This document shows positions 19,287 to 26,881 of a DNA stretch of 64,000 nucleotides, one piece after another (the stretch's first letter is position 1; every line of letters begins with the position of its first letter). The position numbers and the translations under genes were made by a program. Source of the stretch: Anaerolineales bacterium (GTDB lineage Bacteria > Chloroflexota > Anaerolineae > Anaerolineales > RBG-16-64-43); contig DATEAT010000031.1 of NCBI GenBank assembly GCA_035288225.1, positions 47,678-111,677 on the forward strand. Reading direction: 5' to 3'. The notes under the pieces were generated by a model that saw nothing but the letters and a program-made list of their open reading frames with translations, had not been told where the DNA came from and searched no databases.

Positions 19287-19763
19287 CTAGGCCTTGACCT
19301 CGACTACCTCGCCTTGCGTAAGTTCAACCAACTGCTGAGGCGTCAGCGCAAATAGGGCCTGCGGCGTACCACCCGCGGCCCAGACCTCCTGGTAGCTCAT
19401 CAAATCCCGGTCGATATAGGTGCGCAGCGGCTGGGCATGGGCCAACGGCGGGACGCCCCCGATGGCGAACCCCGTGTGGTGGCGGACGAACTCGGCGCTG
19501 CCCATTTGCACCGGCTCGCCCACATGCTCCGCCAGGCGCGCCTCGCTCACGCGGTTGGCGCCGCTGGTTTCGACCAACACCGCCTGTCCGGTGAGGGCCC
19601 CGCGGAACACGAGCGACTTGACGATCTGCCCCAGCTGGCAGCCCACCGCCTGGGCCGCCTCGGCGGCTGTGCGCGTGCTGGCCGGCAGTTCACGCACCTC
19701 GAGCTGCGTGCCCCGGTCGATGAGTGCATCTTGAACACGCCGTGCGGCAGGCGAAAGGCTCAT
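19287..19763 (-). CDS. YbaK/EbsC-family aminoacyl-tRNA editing (deacylase) domain protein
   Basis: 158 aa; TRTAAEAAQAVGCQLGQIVKSLVF and the C-terminal FAIGGVPP pattern are typical of YbaK/ProX-like trans-editing proteins. Confidence 0.8.
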   Translation of the reverse strand: MSLSPAARRVQDALIDRGTQLEVRELPASTRTAAEAAQAVGCQLGQIVKSLVFRGALTGQAVLVETSGANRVSEARLAEHVGEPVQMGSAEFVRHHTGFAIGGVPPLAHAQPLRTYIDRDLMSYQEVWAAGGTPQALFALTPQQLVELTQGEVVEVKA

Positions 19764-19853
19764 GAGGTGAAAGCCGGCCGAGGTTTCATCGTTGGGCTGC
19801 GCTCTCCTTGCATGGCTGGAGGGGATGTTCTCGGCCGCGTAGCGCCGGGTGGA

Positions 19854-20660
19854 TCAGCCGCGTTGCCGAGCCTGGCGCGAGAGATAGAACGCCAACCCGC
19901 CCGCCGCGACGAGCAGCATCAGGCCGATGATACCGAGTGAGCTGGATCGCGAGGAGCTGGTACCGCTCGATTGCTGCTGGCTGACCTGAACGGCAAAGGC
20001 GACGAAGGCCTTGGCGCCCGGCTCGAGGCGCAGAGGGGTGTTCATACTGGAAGTGGGGTTGTAGCCTTCGGGCGCGGCGGCGGCGATGTTGTAGTCACCC
20101 GACGTAAGCTGGGCGAAGCAATATGGTTCGCTCGTGCCGTCGGTTGTATGGCTGCCCACCTGCGCGCCGTCGGCCTGGGCGACGACGATCTGCCCGCCGG
20201 CGACCAAGCCCTCGCTTTCTTGGCGTGAGGCATCGCCGTTGAGGTCGTCGAAAACCTCCACACAGATATCGCCGCTGCCGGTGAGGGCAATCGGAGTCGG
20301 CGAAGGGGTGGCCGCGAAGGCCAGGGTGGGTAGTGCCGTGGCGGCTTCGCCAAATCCGAGCACCAATTCTCGGCCAACGCTTAGCGGCGCGTCGCGCGAG
20401 ATATTGTTGAGCCGCTCGAGTTGGTCGAGGGGCACGCCGGAGACGGCCGAGATGCGCCACAATGTGTCGCCCGACTGGATGATGTAAACGATACGGCCAT
20501 CGGCACCCGGGGTCGGGGTTTGAAAGGCGGTTGGTTGCAGCGCAGGAACTTCGGGCGGCGCAGCCAGGGCCAGGCTGCGCAGCGAGCCCAACACGAGAGG
20601 CAGCACCACCCATGCCAGCATGCGCATGGCGAATTTGGTCTTCTGATGAGTCATGAGCAC
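19854..20660 (-). CDS. secreted LysM-domain protein with Cna-B/SdrD-B-like fold and C-terminal membrane anchor
   Basis: Signal-like N-terminus, a LysM motif (IQSGDTLWRISAVSGVPLDQLERLNNI) and a beta-rich SdrD-B-like segment (CVEVFDDLNGD...GDYNI). A Ser-rich linker leads to a terminal TM helix with a basic tail. GTG 20660 or ATG 20654 may be the start. Confidence 0.75.
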   Translation of the reverse strand: MLMTHQKTKFAMRMLAWVVLPLVLGSLRSLALAAPPEVPALQPTAFQTPTPGADGRIVYIIQSGDTLWRISAVSGVPLDQLERLNNISRDAPLSVGRELVLGFGEAATALPTLAFAATPSPTPIALTGSGDICVEVFDDLNGDASRQESEGLVAGGQIVVAQADGAQVGSHTTDGTSEPYCFAQLTSGDYNIAAAAPEGYNPTSSMNTPLRLEPGAKAFVAFAVQVSQQQSSGTSSSRSSSLGIIGLMLLVAAGGLAFYLSRQARQRG

Positions 20661-20728
20661 TCCGCGGCGACATTATAGCCCGTCTCTTGATCCGACCGCG
20701 CACGGCCGGTGCGGGCCAGGCGAGTGCT

Positions 20729-20739
20729 TGTGGTATAGT
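20729..20739 (+). promoter_or_regulatory. extended -10 element TGTGGTATAGT upstream of the response-regulator gene
   Basis: TATAGT at 20734-20739 is preceded by TGTGG. The RBS GAGGTGAG and ATG 20758 follow closely. Confidence 0.35.
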
Positions 20740-20757
20740 CTGCGCGCGAGGTGAGCG

Positions 20758-21435
20758 ATGGGCGCACGCATTCTGGTCATCGAAGACGAAGAGCGCATTG
20801 CCTCCTTCTTGCTGCGCGGCCTGACTTACGAAGGCTACCGGGTCGACCTGGCCGGAGATGGCCCGACGGGCCTGGGCCTGGCGCGCGAAAACCCTCCCGA
20901 TTTGGTGGTGCTGGATTGGATGCTGCCAGGCATGGACGGCCTGGAAGTGTGCCGCCGCTTGCGTGCCGGCTCGCAGGTCCCGATTCTGATCCTCACCGCG
21001 AAGGATACCGTCGAAGACCGCGTGCACGGGTTGGATGCCGGCGCCGACGATTATGTGGTTAAACCGTTTGCCTTCGCCGAACTCCTGGCGCGCATCCGTG
21101 CCCTGCTGCGCCGCACCGGCCCGGGTGAGCCGGAGACGTTGCGCTTTGCGGACCTGGTGTTGGATACCGGCACCCATCGTGCGCGGCGAGGCGAGCGGGT
21201 GATCGACTTGACGGCCAAGGAGTACGACCTGCTGGAAATCTTCATGCGCCACCCGCGCCAGGTGCTCACGCGCGAGATCATCTACGACCGGGTATGGGGT
21301 TACGACTTCGGCGGCGAGAGCAACATCATCGAAGTCTATGTCCGCTACCTGCGCCAGAAGATCGAGACGGAGGGGGAGACCAAGCTGCTGCACACGGTGC
21401 GCGGTGTGGGTTATGTGCTGCGGGAGGATGAGTAG
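20758..21435 (+). CDS. OmpR-family response regulator
   Basis: Receiver domain ([24 protein letters not shown]) plus a winged-helix output domain ([13 protein letters not shown]...VRGVGYVL). GAGGTGAG RBS precedes the start. Confidence 0.9.
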   Translation: MGARILVIEDEERIASFLLRGLTYEGYRVDLAGDGPTGLGLARENPPDLVVLDWMLPGMDGLEVCRRLRAGSQVPILILTAKDTVEDRVHGLDAGADDYVVKPFAFAELLARIRALLRRTGPGEPETLRFADLVLDTGTHRARRGERVIDLTAKEYDLLEIFMRHPRQVLTREIIYDRVWGYDFGGESNIIEVYVRYLRQKIETEGETKLLHTVRGVGYVLREDE

Positions 21436-21472
21436 CCCGCTTCGCCTCAGGTGAGGCGGACCTCTTGCGGCC

Positions 21473-22858
21473 ATGTCGCTGCGCGCGCGTCTCACCCTGG
21501 CCTATTCTGCGGTTCTGGCCGGCGTGCTGCTCGTCTTCGGCGCCGCGCTGTATCTCATCCTCAGTTTCAGCCTGATCATCCAAATCGACCAGACGCTGGC
21601 CCGCTCGGCGGAGGAGATTCTGCGCACGAGCCGGGTCACGACGCAGCGCGAACTGCGCATCCTGACCCTGCCCTCGCTGCAATTCGCCTCCTCGAACGTC
21701 TACGTTCAGGTGTGGAATGCCGAGGGGACACTCATTGCTTCCTCTTCCAACATGGGCGCCTTCGAGCAGCCGCTGGATGCGCTCTCGTTGCAGGAACCCA
21801 CTCAGCAGTTCCGCGACGTGCGGGTGGGCGAGGTGCATCTGCGGGTGCTGACCGTGCCGGTGGTCCTGGCCTCCGAGCCGAGCGGCTTCCTGCAGTTGGC
21901 GGCGCCCATGGCCGTGGTCGATCGTGCTCGCGAGTCGTTGCTGATCTTTCTGGCGGTGGGCGGGGCGCTGGCGCTGCTCATCGCGGCCGGGCTGGGGAGC
22001 TGGACGGCGCGACGGGCGCTGCGCCCGCTGGATACCATCACCGAGACTGCACTGCAGATCACGCGCGCCGATGATCTTTCGCGACGCATCCCGCTCGAAG
22101 CACCGCCGGCCAGCGAGGTCGGGCGATTGATCCTGGCCTTCAACGAAACGTTGGAACGCTTGGAGGCGCTCTTCACCTCGCAGCGCCGATTCCTGGCCGA
22201 CGTCTCGCACGAATTGCGTACGCCGCTCACGGCCATTCGCGGCAACGTGGATCTTATCCGGCGCATGGGGGCGGATCTGGAGTCGCTGGAGGCGATTCAA
22301 TCGGAGGCGGACCGGCTGATCCGATTGGTGGGGGACCTGTTGCTTCTGGCGCAAGCCGAAACGGGCAACCTGCCGCTGGCGCGTGCACCGGTGGAGGTGG
22401 ATACGGTGCTCCTGGAAGTCTTCCAGCAAGGGCGCGTGCTAGCTCAGGAACGGGTGGAAGTGGTGCTGGGGGACCTCGACCAAGCGCAGGTCATGGGCGA
22501 CCGCGATCGCCTCAAGCAGCTCTTCCTTAACCTGGTGGCGAATGCTATCCAGTACACGCCGCCGCACGGTCGGGTGACGCTGGCCATGAAGCTGGTCGGT
22601 GAGTGGGTGCACGTCTCGGTGGCCGACACGGGGCCGGGCATTCCGACGGACGAACTGCCGCACGTTTTCGAACGTTTCTACCGCGTCGATAAATCCCGCC
22701 GGCGCCCCTCGCTAGGCGGAGCCGGGCTTGGGCTGTCGATCGCTTACTGGATAACGCGCAGCCATGGCGGGCGAATCGAGGCGGCTTCGGAAATCGGGAA
22801 AGGATCAACCTTCTCGGTGTGGCTGCCGCTCGCTTCCAGCACGTCTGGGAAAGACTAA
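21473..22858 (+). CDS. sensor histidine kinase (TM-HAMP-HisKA-HATPase_c)
   Basis: Two TM segments, the H-box ADVSHELRTPLTAI, and N/G boxes (LVANAIQYTP, DTGPGIP, GGAGLGLSIA). Lies 37 nt after the response regulator. Confidence 0.9.
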   Translation: MSLRARLTLAYSAVLAGVLLVFGAALYLILSFSLIIQIDQTLARSAEEILRTSRVTTQRELRILTLPSLQFASSNVYVQVWNAEGTLIASSSNMGAFEQPLDALSLQEPTQQFRDVRVGEVHLRVLTVPVVLASEPSGFLQLAAPMAVVDRARESLLIFLAVGGALALLIAAGLGSWTARRALRPLDTITETALQITRADDLSRRIPLEAPPASEVGRLILAFNETLERLEALFTSQRRFLADVSHELRTPLTAIRGNVDLIRRMGADLESLEAIQSEADRLIRLVGDLLLLAQAETGNLPLARAPVEVDTVLLEVFQQGRVLAQERVEVVLGDLDQAQVMGDRDRLKQLFLNLVANAIQYTPPHGRVTLAMKLVGEWVHVSVADTGPGIPTDELPHVFERFYRVDKSRRRPSLGGAGLGLSIAYWITRSHGGRIEAASEIGKGSTFSVWLPLASSTSGKD

Positions 22859-22886
22859 CCGGCAACCGCGAGGCTTCGTCGACGGG

Positions 22887-23567
22887 TCAGGGGGCGAGAC
22901 CCAACGCGGCGGCCGCCTGCGCGCACAGACGTCTCCCGCCGGCGCGCCGCCATTCCTCCAGACGCGCGCTCCCCTCACGGCCCGCTTGCGCGTCCTCATA
23001 GATACCCGTCCCCCAATAAGCGTAGCGCCGCGTTTCCGCGGGCCACAAATCCGCCGCCTGGCCGATGCGCGAGTGCCCTCCGTTGTATCCGGCCAAAGCT
23101 AATCCGGGCTGGCCTCCGCCGCGCTCAAGCCCTAAACGCAAGTAGCCCAGACCGCGCGCGGCATTGACCTCCGGGTCGAAGCCATCCTCCCCCGCCGAGA
23201 AGTGAAACGGCATAACCTGAAACAAGCCCATGGCGCCCGAGTGCGAGAGCGCCCCCGGATCGCCACACGATTCGATTTGCATGACGGTTGCGACGAGGTT
23301 CGGGTCGAGTCCGAATCGCGTGGACCACGCAATGATTCTCTCTTGCCAATGGTGCACGGCCGGGTCGAAGAGGGGGGCAAGGGAGGCTGCCTGCGGTGCG
23401 GCCTCCCTTGCCGGGAGGGAAGCAGCCAAAGGCTGCGGGGAGAAAACCTCGGCCGAGGCGAAGGCCGAGGCGACGAGCCAACCCCCAAACGCCAGGGCGA
23501 GGGCTGCCAGGAGCGGTGCGGACAGCACGATCGAGTGTGCATGTCGAGGATCAAACCGCGTGTGCAT
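22887..23567 (-). CDS. membrane-anchored lytic transglycosylase (SLT domain)
   Basis: An N-terminal TM/signal anchor, then SLT motifs MQIESCG (catalytic Glu-Ser), GAMGLFQVMP and LAGYNGG. Confidence 0.8.
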   Translation of the reverse strand: MHTRFDPRHAHSIVLSAPLLAALALAFGGWLVASAFASAEVFSPQPLAASLPAREAAPQAASLAPLFDPAVHHWQERIIAWSTRFGLDPNLVATVMQIESCGDPGALSHSGAMGLFQVMPFHFSAGEDGFDPEVNAARGLGYLRLGLERGGGQPGLALAGYNGGHSRIGQAADLWPAETRRYAYWGTGIYEDAQAGREGSARLEEWRRAGGRRLCAQAAAALGLAP

Positions 23568-23594
23568 TGCAGCCTCGTCCCGGCACTGGAGCCA

Positions 23595-24299
23595 CTAGCC
23601 AACGGGACCATTATTGCGGCGGGCGAATGTTGCACCCGGCGCGAGCGGAACGCTGCCGGCTTGGCCTTCGTCGGCCGAGGCGGGCTGAGGCGCCGTGTGC
23701 GGCGCCGGGCGGGCGGCGCGGGGGTAGGCATGCGCCATGGCTGTGAACGGCGCCGGTGTGCGTGCTTGCGAGAACAAGCGCCGGCCGCCCATGGTGAGCG
23801 TGCCGATGAGCAGAATACGGATGAGCCAAACCACGCCGGCCACGAACACGGGGACAAAGCCAAGCACCTGACGGCGAGAGAACAAATCGTGACCCAGGTC
23901 GGCCTGTCCCATGAGAGAGAGGGTGACGGCCCACCAGGTGAGAATGGCATTCATGCCGCCGGCCAGGAACCAGGCCGCCACCAGGTACCAGGTCTCGATG
24001 CGCTCGGCGTGCTCGCGTTGAGGCGTGAACAGGCGCGCGATGCCGCCAAAGTCGATGCCGGAGAAGGCGAGTGCCAGGACGGTCGCCAGCGAGAGGCGCG
24101 CCAGGTGCAGGTCCCCGAGCAGATCGGCCAGCGCGAATTGGGTCGTGCTGAAGTTGAAGATCTCGAATGCGGCCAGCCCGAGGACGATGATCAGCCCGAA
24201 GGCTGCACCCTGCTCGGGCCAGCGCAGGTTGAGGCGGGCAAGCCTGGCCTGGTGAGGCAACTCAGTCGAGAGCGGGCGAGAGGATGTGATAGCGCTCAT
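23595..24299 (-). CDS. hypothetical integral membrane protein (about four TM helices), family not recognised
   Basis: Start trimmed to ATG 24299 (MSAITSS) behind GGAGGA. Four long hydrophobic segments and a Pro/Ala-rich C-terminal tail. Stop is 27 nt before the SLT gene start. Confidence 0.6.
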   Translation of the reverse strand: MSAITSSRPLSTELPHQARLARLNLRWPEQGAAFGLIIVLGLAAFEIFNFSTTQFALADLLGDLHLARLSLATVLALAFSGIDFGGIARLFTPQREHAERIETWYLVAAWFLAGGMNAILTWWAVTLSLMGQADLGHDLFSRRQVLGFVPVFVAGVVWLIRILLIGTLTMGGRRLFSQARTPAPFTAMAHAYPRAARPAPHTAPQPASADEGQAGSVPLAPGATFARRNNGPVG

Positions 24300-24350
24300 T
24301 TCAGTTCCTCCAAAGTGAAATACCGGTTCGGAAATCTGTGTTGCGGTTAC

Positions 24351-24378
24351 AGTATAGAACATCTGTTCTAATCGTCAA
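24351..24378 (-). promoter_or_regulatory. putative promoter TTGACG-16-TATACT of the 4-TM protein/SLT operon
   Basis: Minus strand 24378..24351 reads TTGACGATTAGAACAGATGTTCTATACT. ATG 24299 lies ~50 nt downstream. Confidence 0.55.
24355..24370. promoter_or_regulatory. candidate LexA (Cheo/SOS-box type) operator TAGAAC-ATCT-GTTCTA
   Basis: Perfect 6+6 palindrome containing GAAC-N4-GTTC (GAAC 24357-24360, GTTC 24365-24368). It fills the -35/-10 spacer and overlaps the -10 box. Confidence 0.5.
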
Positions 24379-24533
24379 GAGGGCAAGTCCCATGCCGCGG
24401 CTGATGAGCCTACCGCTTCATGTGGGGGAGGCATCTACGAAACGGTGTGTATCTGGGGGTGAGGAAGAAGCTCGCCGATGACTGCGAGCTAACCGTGGCT
24501 CGAAGAGGAGGAAGCCGGGACACGAAAAAGGCC

Positions 24534-24560
24534 GGGGTCACGCCATGGCGTGCCCCAACA
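24534..24560 (+). repeat. dispersed repeat family A copy (palindrome part only)
   Basis: GGGGTCACGCCATGGCGTGCCCCAACAA. Shares the palindrome and the CCCCAACAA flank with the 9.6-kb copy and lacks the TGTCATTGCGAG box. Confidence 0.6.
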
Positions 24561-24717
24561 ACTTCAAGGCGCTTCACCCTCGGCAACGCGGCCGCACCGG
24601 CAGCGTAGACCTGGGGCAGAATTGGAGCGCATGGCGGCCGCGGGCAGCTATGCGTAAGGCGTGCTATGCCCTCTCCCAAATCGGATGTTGTTTTTCCCGA
24701 TCAGGAAGACAAGCCAA

Positions 24718-25875
24718 CTACAGACGCTCGATGATCGTGGCTGTGGCCATGCCGTGGCCGATGCACATGGTCTGCAAGCCGTAGCGCCCGCCGCTGCGCT
24801 CGAGTTCGTGCAGCATCTTGGTCATCAGCACCGCGCCCGTCGCACCGAGCGGGTGGCCCAGCGCAATCGCGCCGCCGTTGGGGTTGACCCGCGCCGGGTC
24901 GGGGCCGATTTCCTTCTGCCAGGCCAGCACGACCGTCGCGAAGGCCTCGTTGATTTCGATGACGTCGATTTGATCCAGGCGCAACCCGGCGCGCGCCAGG
25001 ATTTTGAGTGTGGCCGGGATGGGCCCGTCGAGCATGAGCACCGGGTCGGATCCAACGACTGCGGTCGACACGATGCGCGCCTGCGGCGTGAGACGGTGAG
25101 CGCGCACGGCCTCGGCCGAGGCCAACACAAGCGCGGCTGCGCCGTCGCTGATCTGGCTCGAGTTGCCCGCGGTCACCACGCCGTCGGGTTTGAAGGCAGG
25201 CTTGAGGGCGGCCATCTTGTCGCGATTGGGCGGCATGCGCACGCCCTCGTCCTGTGCGAAGGAGCGCGTGACGGGTGCGCCGCCCTCCGGCACATGGGTC
25301 ACTTCAATGGGAAGGATCTGGGCCGCGAACCGTCCATCGCGGATCGCTTGGCCGGCGCGCTGGTGGCTCTCGAAGCTGAAGTTGTCGATCTGGTCGCGCG
25401 TCAGGCCCCACTTTTCGGCGATCATTTCCGCGCTCATGCCCTGATGGATGAGGGGATAGGGGAAGTCGCCCGGCCAGGTGGAGGGCCAATCGGCGCCGAT
25501 CGGCACGCGGCTCATCACCTCGATGCCGCCTGCGACCACCACCTGCATCTCACCCGAGGCCACGGCCTGCGCCGCGAAGTGGATGGCCTGCTGGCTCGAA
25601 CCGCACATGCGATTGAGGGAAACGCCCGGAACGTGGAAGGGGTAGCCTGCCTTGAGCAGCGCCAGGCGGGCGATGTTGGCGCCTTGTTCGCCGATGGGCG
25701 AGACGCAGCCGAGGACTACATCCTCGATCAAGGCGGCTTCCAGGCCGGCACGCTGCAGCACATCGCGCAGCACGGCGGCTGCGAGGTTGATCGGGGTGGT
25801 CGTCGAAAGCGCGCCGCCGGGTTTGCCCACACCGACCGCAGTGCGCACGGCGCCGACGATGAAGACCTCATTCAT
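24718..25875 (-). CDS. acetyl-CoA C-acetyltransferase (thiolase II)
   Basis: Active-site Cys region [12 protein letters not shown], and the C-terminal GHPLGATGA and CIGHGMATA motifs. GGGAGG RBS. Confidence 0.9.
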   Translation of the reverse strand: MNEVFIVGAVRTAVGVGKPGGALSTTTPINLAAAVLRDVLQRAGLEAALIEDVVLGCVSPIGEQGANIARLALLKAGYPFHVPGVSLNRMCGSSQQAIHFAAQAVASGEMQVVVAGGIEVMSRVPIGADWPSTWPGDFPYPLIHQGMSAEMIAEKWGLTRDQIDNFSFESHQRAGQAIRDGRFAAQILPIEVTHVPEGGAPVTRSFAQDEGVRMPPNRDKMAALKPAFKPDGVVTAGNSSQISDGAAALVLASAEAVRAHRLTPQARIVSTAVVGSDPVLMLDGPIPATLKILARAGLRLDQIDVIEINEAFATVVLAWQKEIGPDPARVNPNGGAIALGHPLGATGAVLMTKMLHELERSGGRYGLQTMCIGHGMATATIIERL

Positions 25876-26098
25876 GGGACCCTCCCTGGGTGGTTTGAGA
25901 TGCGTGGCAATGAGGATGGATGAGCACCGCCCGATAGCGCACCGCGATTCGCGCGCGCGGGGCCGGGATGCGGCGCATCAACGCGGCAGTGCAACATGTC
26001 AGCCCGTGTAAGCAAGAGGCGGCGCTCCGCCAGGCCGTGCCGGCGGCCCGTCTTCTAGCAGCGTCTCCAGAGGTCGATGGAGGGCACCGCCGGATGGC

Positions 26099-26548
26099 TC
26101 AACCCGGCGGGCGCTTTTCCATATCGCGGATCTTCTCGACCTGACGCTGGTTCCACTCGTCCTGACTATAGGGCGTGGAGAACCACGCGTCAAGTATCTC
26201 GCGCGCGACGGGTTCGGAGGTTGAGCGCAGGCTGAGGGCCAGCACGTTGGCATGGTTCCAGGTGCGCGCGCCGCGCGCGGTCTCGGCGTCGGCGCACAGT
26301 GCGGCCCGGATGCCGGTTACCTTGTTGGCGGCCAGGCTGGCGCCGGTGCCCGTCCAACACATCACCACGGCTTCGTCGGCTGCGCCAGCCGCCACACGTT
26401 CGGCCGCAGCGCGAGTCACATCCGGCCAATCGGCGGTCTGCCCCGCGGCGGGGCCGAGATACTCCACCTGGTGACCCCGGCGCTTGAGGTCGAGACGGAC
26501 CGCCTCCACCAATGACGTATGCTCGTCAGCACTCACCACGATTCGCAT
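26099..26548 (-). CDS. rpiB: ribose-5-phosphate isomerase B (RpiB/LacA/LacB family)
   Basis: MRIVVSADEH...MCWTGTGASLAANKVTGIRAALC is an RpiB-type core. Start trimmed to ATG 26548 behind GGGAGAAGGG. Confidence 0.85.
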   Translation of the reverse strand: MRIVVSADEHTSLVEAVRLDLKRRGHQVEYLGPAAGQTADWPDVTRAAAERVAAGAADEAVVMCWTGTGASLAANKVTGIRAALCADAETARGARTWNHANVLALSLRSTSEPVAREILDAWFSTPYSQDEWNQRQVEKIRDMEKRPPG

Positions 26549-26574
26549 GCCCTTCTCCCGTAGCTTCGGCAATT

Positions 26575-26718
26575 CTATCGCGCTGCCTCGCGGCGCAAGG
26601 CAGTGAGAATCTCGCGCCCCAGCCCGGGGCCAGAATGGACCAAGCCGGTGTACACCTGCACCAATTGCGCGCCCGCCTGCAGCATGCGTCGGGCATCGCC
26701 GGCGCCCATCATCCCCAC
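26575..26718 (-). pseudogene. probable remnant of the C-terminus of dihydroorotate dehydrogenase (pyrD-like fragment)
   Basis: The last ~45 codons of minus ORF 26575..27027 read GAGDARRMLQAGAQLVQVYTGLVHSGPGLGREILTAL. This matches the conserved DHODH C-terminal pattern (GGI..DA...AGA.LVQ.YT....GP.....I). Nothing upstream in that frame looks DHODH-like, and the ORF runs into the GGDEF gene. Confidence 0.4.
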
Positions 26719-26881
26719 CGGCGGCCGGCACCAGGCAAAAAAGAGAGCCTTTCGGCTCAGGGTGGAAGTCGTGCGCGACGATAGGCGGCTGACGGGTGGA
26801 ACTCGGTGTGGCGCAATCGGGGGAAATGGCGTGCGGCCCATTCGGTGATCGGGCGCGATCTTACTCCATTCGGCCGAAGCG

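Noticed and set aside
20672-20677. TATAAT (minus strand) upstream of the LysM gene as a promoter.
   Set aside because: There is no acceptable -35 or TG extension at proper spacing. It sits only 11 nt from the GTG start. A single hexamer is insufficient evidence.
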